From NCBI GenBank assembly GCA_963734535.1, contig CAVTHS010000008.1, forward strand, positions 192,001 to 256,000: DNA of 64,000 bases, in the 5' to 3' direction. A model generated the notes under the pieces. It had not been told where the DNA came from. It searched no databases and worked only from the letters and a program-made list of their open reading frames with translations. How positions within the stretch are numbered: position 1 is the first letter of the stretch; every line of letters begins with the position of its first letter. The translations under genes were made by a program, and so were the position numbers. Source of the stretch: an uncultured Chloroflexia bacterium. GTDB lineage: Bacteria; Chloroflexota; Limnocylindria; Limnocylindrales; CSP1-4. Shown here piece after piece: positions 19,144 through 27,809 of the stretch.

Positions 19144-20337
19144 GTGATCATCACTTCGCCCAGGCGGCTCGGCGCGCTCGCCCTCGCGGCGGCCTTCGCC
19201 GTCGGCGCGTGCTCCGGGAGCGCCACACCGTCGCCGGCAGCCAGCCCGTCACCGGGAGGCTCGGCCGACGCCAGCGCTCCGGCCAGCTCCGCGTCGGGCG
19301 CAGGCGCGGTCACCTATCGATGCAGCAAGGGCGACGGCCAGCTCACCGGCGCCGGTTCCACCTTCATCTACCCGCTGCTCTCGAAGATGGGCGCGGACTA
19401 CAACACGAAGTGCGGCGTCAAGCTGAACTACCAGTCGATCGGGTCGGGCGGCGGCATCAAGCAATGGACCGCGAACACCGTCGATTTCGGGGCGAGCGAC
19501 GCGTTCCTCGCGGATAGTGAGATCAAGGGCGCATCGGCCAACGGGGAGGCGGTGGAGATCCCCGCCACGTTCGGGGCCGTCGTGGTCGCCTACAACCTCA
19601 CGGGCCTGCCGGCGCCGCTCAAGATGACCGCGTCCGTCATCGCCGGGATCTTCGATGGATCGATCACGACCTGGAACGACCCCGCGATCGCGGCCGCCAA
19701 CCCGGGCGTGACCCTGCCGTCGACCGCGGTCAGCGTCGTCCATCGCTCGGACGGCTCGGGCACGACGAGCATCTTCACGACCTATCTCACGAAGGCGAGC
19801 CCCGAATGGGTCACCGCGATCGGCCAGGGTGATGCCACCAAGTCGGCTGGCAAGACGGTCGAGTGGCCCGTGGGTCAGGGCGCAAGCGGCAACGAAGGCG
19901 TCACGCAGGGCATCAACCAGACCGACGGCGGCGTCGGCTATATCGAGCTGGCCTACGCACTCCAGAACCACATTCCGTTCGCGGACGTCCAGAACAAGGC
20001 CGGCACGTTCATCACCCCGTCGCTCGAGTCTCTGACGGCGGCGGCGAACCTGTCGAGCTACCCAGCCGACCTTCGGTTCGACCTCGCGAACACGGACTCG
20101 CCGACCGGCTACCCGATCGCCGGCACCACCTGGCTGATCGTGTACAAGGACCTCTCGAAGGTCATGAAGTCCCAGGACCGGGCGAACGCCCTGGTCGACT
20201 TCCTCTGGTGGGCCATCCACGACGGCCAGAGCGATGCTGCCCCGCTCTTCTATGGCTCGATCCCGGCAGGCCTGCTCGCGCAGGACGAAGCTGCCGTCAA
20301 GTCGCTCAACTGGGCCGGCCAGCCTCTCCTGCCGTAG
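19144..20337 (+). CDS. pstS: Phosphate ABC transporter substrate-binding lipoprotein
   Basis: Lipobox VGAC, GAGSTF, YQSIGSGGG, DFGASD, HRSDGSGTT. GGAGG SD before GTG. Confidence 0.96.
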   Translation: MIITSPRRLGALALAAAFAVGACSGSATPSPAASPSPGGSADASAPASSASGAGAVTYRCSKGDGQLTGAGSTFIYPLLSKMGADYNTKCGVKLNYQSIGSGGGIKQWTANTVDFGASDAFLADSEIKGASANGEAVEIPATFGAVVVAYNLTGLPAPLKMTASVIAGIFDGSITTWNDPAIAAANPGVTLPSTAVSVVHRSDGSGTTSIFTTYLTKASPEWVTAIGQGDATKSAGKTVEWPVGQGASGNEGVTQGINQTDGGVGYIELAYALQNHIPFADVQNKAGTFITPSLESLTAAANLSSYPADLRFDLANTDSPTGYPIAGTTWLIVYKDLSKVMKSQDRANALVDFLWWAIHDGQSDAAPLFYGSIPAGLLAQDEAAVKSLNWAGQPLLP

Positions 20338-20345
20338 CCGGCCCC

Positions 20346-20416
20346 ACGCCGCTGACCTCGCCGCCCCTGGGGACTCCTCCGCCCCGGGGCGGCGTCAGGT
20401 CAGCGGCGTCAGGTCA
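20346..20416 (+). terminator. Long intercistronic stem-loop between pstS and pstC (stabiliser/partial terminator)
   Basis: ACGCCGCTGACCT...CGCCGCCCC pairs with GGGGCGGCG...AGGTCAGCGGCGT. 14-nt tandem duplication in the 3' arm. Confidence 0.65.
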
Positions 20417-20437
20417 GATGACCGAAACTTGGCAGCC

Positions 20438-21433
20438 ATGACCACCCACGACCTGGCCCCGGGCTCCCTCCCGGATAGGCCCGCGACCAACGGGTCGGCG
20501 CTCTTGCGCCGCCGCTGGCTCACGGGCGACAGGGTCTTCCGGACCGCGACGGGGGCGGCGGCGGCGCTCTCCCTGGCCCTGATCGGGCTCATGGCCTACG
20601 ACAGCATCTCGTCCACCGGGCCGGTGTTCGATCGGTTCGGGATCTGGGGCTTCGTGACGGGCGCGCGCTGGTCGCCATCGTTCGCGATCTACGGAGCGCT
20701 GCCGTTCATCTACGGCACGCTCCTCACCGGCCTCATCTCCGTGGCCCTGGCCGTGCCGATCGCGATCGGGATCGCGCTGCTGGTGACCGAGTTCCTCCCT
20801 CGCCGCGTGGCAGGGCCTGTCGCGATCGTCGTCGACCTTCTGGCGGCGGTCCCGTCAGTCGTCTGGGGGCTGTGGGGCCTGCTCGTGCTCGTTCCGTTCC
20901 TGCGGCCGTTCGAGCAGGCGGCAGCCGGGTCGATCGGCAGGATCCTGCCGTTCCTCGGGCCACCGACGCCAGGGCCAAGCTACTTCGCGGCCGGCCTCGT
21001 CGTTGCCATCATGATCATCCCGATCGTGGCGGCGGTCACCCGCGAGGTCTTCGCGACGACGCCGCGGCTGCAGCGGGAGGGAATCCTTGCCCTGGGTGGA
21101 ACGCGCTGGGACGTGATCCGGCAGGTCGTGATCCCGATCAGCCGGACGGGACTCTTCGCGGCGATCATCCTGGGACTCGGTCGCGCCATCGGCGAGACGA
21201 TCGCGGTCACCCTGGTCATCGGCAACTCGCCGAAGATCGCGGCGTCGATCTTCTCCCCCGGCTTCACGCTCGCCAGCGTCATCGCCAACGAGTTCAACGA
21301 GGCAACCGAGGAGCTCCACCCGGAGGCACTGATCGCCCTGGGCGTGGTCCTCCTGGTGATCGCGGTCGTCATCAACGGCGGCGGCGTGCTCGTTCGCCGG
21401 CGCTTCGAGCAGGGGCTGCAGCGTGGTCGCTGA
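20438..21433 (+). CDS. pstC: Phosphate ABC transporter permease PstC
   Basis: DLLAAVPSVVWGLWG, LGLGRAIGETIAV, TLASVIANEF. Confidence 0.95.
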   Translation: MTTHDLAPGSLPDRPATNGSALLRRRWLTGDRVFRTATGAAAALSLALIGLMAYDSISSTGPVFDRFGIWGFVTGARWSPSFAIYGALPFIYGTLLTGLISVALAVPIAIGIALLVTEFLPRRVAGPVAIVVDLLAAVPSVVWGLWGLLVLVPFLRPFEQAAAGSIGRILPFLGPPTPGPSYFAAGLVVAIMIIPIVAAVTREVFATTPRLQREGILALGGTRWDVIRQVVIPISRTGLFAAIILGLGRAIGETIAVTLVIGNSPKIAASIFSPGFTLASVIANEFNEATEELHPEALIALGVVLLVIAVVINGGGVLVRRRFEQGLQRGR

Positions 21434-22301
21434 TCCGACGATCTTCCTGCGTCCGACCAGCCCTGGCCGGCTGCTCAAGGCACGCCTCGTGAACGTGCTC
21501 GCCGTCCTCGCGTTCGCAGTTGCCCTGGTCCCGCTCGCGGCCATCGCCTGGTACCTCATCTCGAAGGGCATCGGCGTCATCAACGTCGACTTCTTCACCC
21601 AGGACCCGCCTGGCGACCTGAGCGCGGCGGGCGGTGGCATCCGCAACGCCGTCGTCGGGACGCTCGAGATGACCGGCTTCGCGGCCCTGATCGCCGTGCC
21701 GCTCGGGCTGCTCGTGGCGGTCTTCGACGTGGAGGTCGGCGGCACGCCGGCGGTCGTGATCCGGTTCGTCATCGACGTGCTGGGCGCGCTGCCGTCGATC
21801 GTCGTCGGGATCTTCGTCTACTCGCTCGTCGTGGTCGCCCAGGGGCACTTCTCCGGGTTCGCAGGCTCGGCCGCCCTCGCGATCATCATGCTGCCCCCCG
21901 TCGTGGTCGCGACCGAGGAGATGCTGCGCCTGCTTCCTCGTTCGATCGCCGAGGGCGCCCGCGCCCTTGGGCTCAGCCGATGGCGATCCTTCCTGTCGTT
22001 CTTCCTGCCGACCGCCTTCTCGGGCATCTTCACCGGCGTGCTGCTGGCGATCTCCCGCGCCATCGGCGAGACGGCCCCCCTGCTGTTCACCTCCCTCGGG
22101 AACAACTTCTTCTCGCTCGACATGAGCGAGCCGATGCAGGGCCTGCCCCTGCTCATCTATCGCAACGCACTCAACTCGGCGTTTCCGGCCGCCGAGGCGC
22201 GCGCGTTCGGAGCCGCCCTGACGCTCGTCGTGATGGTGCTGCTCTTCAACCTGGCCGGCCGATGGATGGTCGCGCGAAGCCGGCCAAGCGGGAGTCGATG
22301 A
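21423..22301 (+). CDS. pstA: Phosphate ABC transporter permease PstA
   Basis: [31 protein letters not shown]. Confidence 0.95.
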   Translation: MVADPTIFLRPTSPGRLLKARLVNVLAVLAFAVALVPLAAIAWYLISKGIGVINVDFFTQDPPGDLSAAGGGIRNAVVGTLEMTGFAALIAVPLGLLVAVFDVEVGGTPAVVIRFVIDVLGALPSIVVGIFVYSLVVVAQGHFSGFAGSAALAIIMLPPVVVATEEMLRLLPRSIAEGARALGLSRWRSFLSFFLPTAFSGIFTGVLLAISRAIGETAPLLFTSLGNNFFSLDMSEPMQGLPLLIYRNALNSAFPAAEARAFGAALTLVVMVLLFNLAGRWMVARSRPSGSR

Positions 22302-23161
22302 GTGAGCGAATGGAACCGGCGACCGTGACCGCCGTCTCGGTCGGAGTGCCCGCGCCCGAGTCGCGGTACCTGGAGCCTGCCCCCGCCGGCGGGGTCCTCC
22401 GGGTCGAGAACCTCAGCGCGTACTACGCCAAGCAGCGGGCCGTTCGAGACGTCACCCTCGACTTCCAGCCAAACGCCATCACGGCGATCATCGGCCCGTC
22501 GGGGAGTGGCAAGTCGACGCTCCTGCGGTGCATGAACCGGATGCACGAGGTCGTGCCCCGGGCCAGCGTCGAAGGCGTGGTCGAGTACCGCGGGGTGAAC
22601 ATCTACGATCCGCGGGTCGACCCCGCGGCCGTGCGGCGGTCGATCGGGATGGTCTTCCAGCAGCCCAACCCGTTCCCCACCAAGTCGATCGCGGAGAACG
22701 TCGCCGCCGCGGCGCGCTTCAATGGGCTCGTCAAGGGCAAGGGCGCCGAACGGGAGCTGGTCGAACGCTGCCTGATCCAGGCGGCCTTGTGGGACGAGGT
22801 CAAGGACAAGCTCGACCAGGGTGGGACCTCGCTGTCGGGCGGCCAGCAGCAGCGGCTGTGCATCGCCCGCGCCCTGGCGCTCGCCCCGGACGTCCTGCTC
22901 ATGGACGAGCCCTGCTCGGCCCTCGATCCGGTCGCGACGCTGCAGGTGGAGCAGCTGATGCTCGACCTCCGAGCCAGCTACACGATCGTGATCGTCACCC
23001 ACAACATGCAGCAGGCTTCGCGCGTGAGCGACCGCACGGCATTCCTGAACATGGGAGAGGACCGGGCGGGCTACCTCGTGGAGGAAGGGCCGACCCGCGA
23101 CCTGTTCACCCAGCCGCGCCTGCAGCTCACCGAGGACTACATCTCCGGGAGGTTCGGATGA
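22298..23161 (+). CDS. pstB: Phosphate ABC transporter ATP-binding protein
   Basis: [43 protein letters not shown]. Confidence 0.97.
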   Translation: MSERMEPATVTAVSVGVPAPESRYLEPAPAGGVLRVENLSAYYAKQRAVRDVTLDFQPNAITAIIGPSGSGKSTLLRCMNRMHEVVPRASVEGVVEYRGVNIYDPRVDPAAVRRSIGMVFQQPNPFPTKSIAENVAAAARFNGLVKGKGAERELVERCLIQAALWDEVKDKLDQGGTSLSGGQQQRLCIARALALAPDVLLMDEPCSALDPVATLQVEQLMLDLRASYTIVIVTHNMQQASRVSDRTAFLNMGEDRAGYLVEEGPTRDLFTQPRLQLTEDYISGRFG

Positions 23162-23198
23162 GCCGGCGAACCACCTGGCACGATCGGGAGGGACGCGC

Positions 23199-23951
23199 AT
23201 GACCGAGACGAACCGTGGTGCCGGAGCGTCCGCCGACAGGGCGGCAGACGAGCCCGTCGCCGCCGAAGGCTCCCCCGCCGTGTGGCCGCACCGCGTTCCG
23301 CGGCCGGCGCTCGACACCGAGGAACGCCTGATCAAGGAGACGCTCCTCCGGATGGCCAGCCTCATCGAGGAGCGCATCCGCCTGACCGTCGACGCCCTCG
23401 AGACCCACGACGCGGCGCTGGCCCTGACCGTGATCAAGGGTGATGCCGAGATCAACGCGATGCAGGCCGAGGCGCTCGACCACATCATCCGGACGATCGC
23501 CACCCAGGCGCCGGTCGCGCGCGACCTGCGCTTCCTGTTGACGCTGGACCATATCGCCTACGAGCTCGAACGGATCGGCGACTCGATCGCGAACGTCGCG
23601 AAGCGCGTCCGTGACGTGGCGCCGCACCCTCCGCTGGCCGAGTATGTCGGGATCCCGGAGATGGGACGCCTGGCCGCACAGATCCTTTGCGACGTGGGGC
23701 GAGCGCTCGTCGATTCGGACGTCGACGTCGCTCGAGCGGTCGCCAGCCAGGACGATGCGATCGATGCCTACTACCATCGCGCAACGGACGAGCTCATCCG
23801 GCTCGGTCAGGCGGATCCGGCCAACGTCGAGCGAGCGGCACGCCTGTTGATCGCGGCCCACTACCTGGAGCGGATCGGCGACCGGGTCACCAACATCGCG
23901 GAGGACGTCGTCTTCCTCGCTACCGGCGAGCACGAGGACCTGAACCCATGA
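23199..23951 (+). CDS. phoU: Phosphate signalling protein PhoU
   Basis: QAPVARDLR, ELERIGD, LERIGDRVTNIAE. Follows pstB. Confidence 0.95.
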   Translation: MTETNRGAGASADRAADEPVAAEGSPAVWPHRVPRPALDTEERLIKETLLRMASLIEERIRLTVDALETHDAALALTVIKGDAEINAMQAEALDHIIRTIATQAPVARDLRFLLTLDHIAYELERIGDSIANVAKRVRDVAPHPPLAEYVGIPEMGRLAAQILCDVGRALVDSDVDVARAVASQDDAIDAYYHRATDELIRLGQADPANVERAARLLIAAHYLERIGDRVTNIAEDVVFLATGEHEDLNP

Positions 23952-24424
23952 CCGAACCGAGGACGCCCATCCGGGTCCTGTTCGTGTGCACCGGCAACTC
24001 TGCGCGCAGCCAGATGGCCGAAGCGATCCTCGGCCACGTCGGCGGGTCCGACTTCGAGGTCCATTCCGCCGGCACGCACCCGGGAATCGTCAACCCCCTG
24101 ACGATCCGGGCACTCTCCGAGATCGGCATCGACTGGTCGGACGCGCGCTCGAAATCGGTCAGCGAATACGTCGACGAGCCGTTCGACTACGTGATCACGG
24201 TCTGCGACCAGGCGCGCGAGGCGTGCCCGGTCTTCCCCGGCGGGCGCGTTTCGCTCCACTGGGGATTCGACGACCCGGCCGCGGCCCGCGGGACCGATGA
24301 CGAGCAACGCGCCGTCTTCCGCCGCGTGCGAGACGAGATCAGCGCCCAGGTCATCCCATTCGCCGCAGATCGCGCCCGGCCGGTCTGGCCTCAGGAGCCA
24401 GTCCCAGCACGCCCGGAGGCCTGA
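23948..24424 (+). CDS. arsC: Arsenate reductase (thioredoxin-coupled, LMW-PTP fold)
   Basis: CTGNSARSQMAE P-loop, resolving TVCDQAREACP pair, HWGFDDP. ATGA overlap with phoU. Confidence 0.88.
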   Translation: MTEPRTPIRVLFVCTGNSARSQMAEAILGHVGGSDFEVHSAGTHPGIVNPLTIRALSEIGIDWSDARSKSVSEYVDEPFDYVITVCDQAREACPVFPGGRVSLHWGFDDPAAARGTDDEQRAVFRRVRDEISAQVIPFAADRARPVWPQEPVPARPEA

Positions 24425-24426
24425 CG

Positions 24427-24903
24427 GTGGAGCTCGCGCTGCTCCGGCACGCGCACGCCGGCGACCCGGAACGCTGGGATCGGGCGGACGAGCTGCGGCC
24501 TTTGAGCGACAAGGGGCGCCAGCAGGCCGAACGGCTCGGCCGCCTGCTGGCTGCGGCCGGGTTCGTCCCGGACGCCGTGCTCACCTCGCCCCACGTGCGT
24601 GCCCGCGAGACGGCCGAGATCGTCGCCGACCGGCTTGGCATCTCGATCGTCGTCGAGCCGCGGCTGGCAGCCTACCTGGATCTCGCCACGGTCGACGCGA
24701 TCCTCGACCAAGCGGGGATGCCGGTTCGCGCAGTCCTCGTCGGTCACGACCCGGACTTCAGCGACCTCCTGGCCTCGCTCACGGGGTCGCCGGGCCTCCG
24801 GATGCGGAAGGGAGCCTTCGCGCTGCTCGACGTGGAGCGGCCGCTGGCGCCCGGATCCGCCGAGCTGCGCTGGCTCGTCCCGCCCGACCTGCTTCGCCGC
24901 TAG
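24427..24903 (+). CDS. sixA: SixA-like histidine phosphatase
   Basis: LLRHAHAG, RPLS, TSPHVRARETA, LVGHDPD. Confidence 0.85.
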   Translation: MELALLRHAHAGDPERWDRADELRPLSDKGRQQAERLGRLLAAAGFVPDAVLTSPHVRARETAEIVADRLGISIVVEPRLAAYLDLATVDAILDQAGMPVRAVLVGHDPDFSDLLASLTGSPGLRMRKGAFALLDVERPLAPGSAELRWLVPPDLLRR

Positions 24904-25214
24904 GCGCGGCGGAGGGCCGCGGCCGGTCGCGGATCACCGGGCCGGAGCGCCGCGCCGAGGGCCGCCAGCCGCTCGCTTGCCACGGGCTCCAGCGCGTACC
25001 AGATCCACGTCCCGCGCCGCTCCGCGCGAACGACGCCCGCCTCGCGCAGGACGCGCAGGTGGTGCGAGATCGTGGGCTGGGCGAGGCCGGCCGCGGGGGC
25101 GACGTCGCAGGCGCAGGCAGCGCCGTCCGCCGCGAGCTGCCGCACGATCGCCAGCCGAGCAGGATCGGCGAGGGCTGCCAGGAGCCGGACGTCAGGATCA
25201 TCGAGGCGTGCCAC
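24900..25214 (-). CDS. arsR: ArsR/SmtB family regulator
   Basis: LAALADPARL...ACACDV...QPTISHHLRVLREAG. Divergent from arsM. Confidence 0.88.
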   Translation of the reverse strand: MARLDDPDVRLLAALADPARLAIVRQLAADGAACACDVAPAAGLAQPTISHHLRVLREAGVVRAERRGTWIWYALEPVASERLAALGAALRPGDPRPAAALRRA

Positions 25215-25220
25215 GCCCGC

Positions 25221-25271
25221 ATTCTATCGACGAGCTTCTATATTGACAACACTCGATATATCGTCTACCGT
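25221..25271. promoter_or_regulatory. Divergent arsR/arsM promoters with ArsR-type operators
   Basis: Plus strand TTGACA(25243)-17-TACCGT. Minus strand TAGAAT 6 nt before the arsR GTG. Palindromes ATCGA-N6-TCTAT (25226-41) and ATTGA-N6-TCGAT (25242-57). Confidence 0.8.
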
Positions 25272-25313
25272 CGGCGCATCGACCACCCACCCGCAGCCCG
25301 AGGCCTCACCCCG

Positions 25314-25511
25314 ATGGACCGCTCCGCAGAGCTCCTCCTCGACGTCATCCGGAACGAGCGCGCGCTCGCCGACACGCCGGCATCCCAGGAGCGCCGGCGC
25401 CTGGCCCGACTCGCCGCCGAGATCGCGCGGTGCTGCCGCGTCTCCCTCGCCGGACACCTCGTCGCCGCGCTCCGCCGGCCCACGATCCGGATCGCGTCGG
25501 TCGTCCGGTGA
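25314..25511 (+). CDS. Small hypothetical protein (65 aa, vicinal CC)
   Basis: First ORF after the promoter, GAGG SD, stop overlaps the arsM GTG (GTGA). Confidence 0.55.
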   Translation: MDRSAELLLDVIRNERALADTPASQERRRLARLAAEIARCCRVSLAGHLVAALRRPTIRIASVVR

Positions 25512-26392
25512 CCGACCAGCTTCGCGCCGACGTCCGCGACCACTACGCGCGTGCGGCGCTCACGGTCCTCGAGCGGCCCGGCTGCTGCGGCTCCGACGGT
25601 CCCGGCGACCCGGTCTTCGGGCCCGGCCTCTACACGCCGGACGAGCTTGGGCCGCTGCCGGCCGACGCGGTCGCGGCCAGCCTCGGCTGCGGCAATCCGA
25701 CCGCCGTCGCGGACCTCCGACCCGGCGAGACCGTCCTCGACCTGGGGTCGGGCGGCGGCATCGACGTCCTGCTCGCGGCGCGGCGCGTGGCCCCGGGCGG
25801 AATCGCCTACGGCCTGGACATGACCGACGAGATGCTGCAGCTCGCACGCCGCAACGCGGCCGGTGCCGGCGTCGAGAATGCCATCTTCCTCAAGGGCGAG
25901 ATCGAGACGATCCCGCTCTCCGACGCGTCGGTCGATGTCGTCATCAGCAACTGCGTGATCAACCTCTCCACGGAGAAGCCCCGCGTCTTCTCGGAGATCG
26001 CACGCGTCCTCCGGCCCGGCGGACGCGTCGGGGTGAGCGACGTCGTCGCGGACGACGACCTCTCGCCGGCCGATCGGGCCGAGCGAGGCGACTTCGCGGG
26101 CTGCATCGCCGGGGCGCTGTCGTTCGGCGAGTACGCCGCCGGCCTCGCCGAGGCCGGGCTGACCGGGATCCGCCTGACCCCGACGCATGCGGTCGGCGAC
26201 GGGCTCTACGGGGCGATCGTCGCTGCCGTCCGGCCAGCCGGCGGACCTGGTGCCGGCCCGCACGAAGCGGCCGCGGCTGCCAGCGCGGGGCTGCTCGCGG
26301 CACGCGCACTGCCGCCGGCCGGCCAGGTCATTCTCGGCGCTGGAGGGACCGCAGGGGCGTCGAGCTCCGACCCGGGATGCTGCTGCGGATGA
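25508..26392 (+). CDS. arsM: Arsenite S-adenosylmethionine methyltransferase
   Basis: SLGCGNP, LDLGSGGGID, SNCVINLS, GCIAGA. N-terminal CC and C-terminal CCCG. Confidence 0.93.
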   Translation: MTDQLRADVRDHYARAALTVLERPGCCGSDGPGDPVFGPGLYTPDELGPLPADAVAASLGCGNPTAVADLRPGETVLDLGSGGGIDVLLAARRVAPGGIAYGLDMTDEMLQLARRNAAGAGVENAIFLKGEIETIPLSDASVDVVISNCVINLSTEKPRVFSEIARVLRPGGRVGVSDVVADDDLSPADRAERGDFAGCIAGALSFGEYAAGLAEAGLTGIRLTPTHAVGDGLYGAIVAAVRPAGGPGAGPHEAAAAASAGLLAARALPPAGQVILGAGGTAGASSSDPGCCCG

Positions 26393-26545
26393 CGGCACCG
26401 TTCCCCGAGATTCGGATCGCGACCGCGGAGGGCCTCCCGAGGTCGAGCAGCTCCTCGCGTCGGCGACCCTGACTCTCGACGGGCTCGCCGCGTGCGCGCA
26501 GGGCGGGCAGCTCCTCGTCGCGCGGGCGCACGACGGCTTGGCATG
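26389..26545 (+). pseudogene. Truncated, frameshifted GNAT (ArsN2-like) N-terminal remnant
   Basis: ATGA overlap with arsM. MTAPFPEIRIATAEGLP then shifted EVEQLLASATLTLDGLAA...LLVA, ending before the convergent kinase. Confidence 0.5.
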
Positions 26546-26575
26546 GTCACCGCCATGGGCCAAAAGCAGCCGTGC

Positions 26576-27790
26576 TCAGCCGCCCGGCGTCGCGGCCAGG
26601 TCCGGCCCCGCGAGCGGGACGGAAAACCCGAAGGTGGCGCCACTCCCCTCATCCGAGTCCACCCAGATCCTGCCGCCGTGCGCCTCGATGACGTGGCGGG
26701 CGATCGAGAGGCCGAGGCCGGTCCCGCCGACGCCGCGCGTGCGCGCCCGGTCGCCCTTGTAGAAGCGCTCGAAGACGCGTGTGAGGGCCGGGCGCGGGAT
26801 CCCCGGCCCGTGATCCTGCACGGTGACGACGACCCCCTGCTCCCCTGCGACCACACGGACCACGACCTCCGCGCCGGCCGGGCTGAACTTCACGGCGTTG
26901 TGCAGGATGTTGAGCAGCGCCTGGCCGAGCCGCTCGCCGTCGCCGCGCACGACCGGGATCGCCCCGTCCGCCTCCACCGCCATCCGGACGCCGTGGCGCT
27001 CCGCGAAGAGGCTCAGCCGCTCCACCGTCGCGTTCACGAGGCGCGGCAGGTCGACATCGTGAAGGAGGAGGGCTGCGCTGCCGCTCTCGATCTTCGAGAG
27101 GTCCAGGAGCTCGTTCACCATCTGGACAAGGTGGCCCGTCTCGACCTCGATCTTCGCGATCCGGTCCGCGGTCCGGGGCGGGAGCTGGTCCGCCTCCAGC
27201 GCGAGCGTCTCCGCCAGGAGGCTGACCGTGGTGAGCGGCGTCCGCAGCTCGTGGGCAAGGTTGTCGATGAACTCGGTCCGGATTCGCTGGAGTCGGCGCA
27301 GCTCCGTCACGTCCTCGAGAACCAGCCACGCATCGCCCGCCGGCATGCGGCGCGCGCGGACCAGGAGCGTCGGGGCCTCGGCCGTGCGGATCGTCAGCTC
27401 GCCGGCAGCGGCCCCGGTCTGGAGGGCGGTCCGCACGATCTCCTCGAGCCTGTGGTCGGTGGAAACCTCCATCACGCTGCGACCCGGCAGGCTGGCTGCA
27501 CGTCGCGAGAGAATCCGGGCCGCGGCCTCGTTCGCCGAGATCACCGTCAGGTCGGCAGTGACGCGGATCACGCCGATCCCGACCAGGTCGACGAGCACGC
27601 CCGCGTCGCGCGTCGACGCCGCCGCGCGCTCCTCGGCCTCGGCAACCCGAGCGGCCGCCCGTGGCGCGTCCGGGCCGGCCGGCGTCCTGGCAGTGACGGC
27701 CCCGGACGCGCCTCGGCGCTGAAGCCCGACGGCAAGGACGAGCGCGGCGACGCCCAGCGCGGCGACCGCGGCGAAGGCGAGGGGGTCCAC
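26576..27790 (-). CDS. Sensor histidine kinase, PhoR/SenX3-like (TM-PAS-HisKA-HATPase)
   Basis: FIDNLAHELRTPL, NILHNAVKF, DHGPGI, FERFYK, GTGLGLSI. Start could be 27790 or 27841. Confidence 0.9.
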   Translation of the reverse strand: MDPLAFAAVAALGVAALVLAVGLQRRGASGAVTARTPAGPDAPRAAARVAEAEERAAASTRDAGVLVDLVGIGVIRVTADLTVISANEAAARILSRRAASLPGRSVMEVSTDHRLEEIVRTALQTGAAAGELTIRTAEAPTLLVRARRMPAGDAWLVLEDVTELRRLQRIRTEFIDNLAHELRTPLTTVSLLAETLALEADQLPPRTADRIAKIEVETGHLVQMVNELLDLSKIESGSAALLLHDVDLPRLVNATVERLSLFAERHGVRMAVEADGAIPVVRGDGERLGQALLNILHNAVKFSPAGAEVVVRVVAGEQGVVVTVQDHGPGIPRPALTRVFERFYKGDRARTRGVGGTGLGLSIARHVIEAHGGRIWVDSDEGSGATFGFSVPLAGPDLAATPGG

Positions 27791-27809
27791 GGCGGCGCTC
27801 GCGGCAGGC

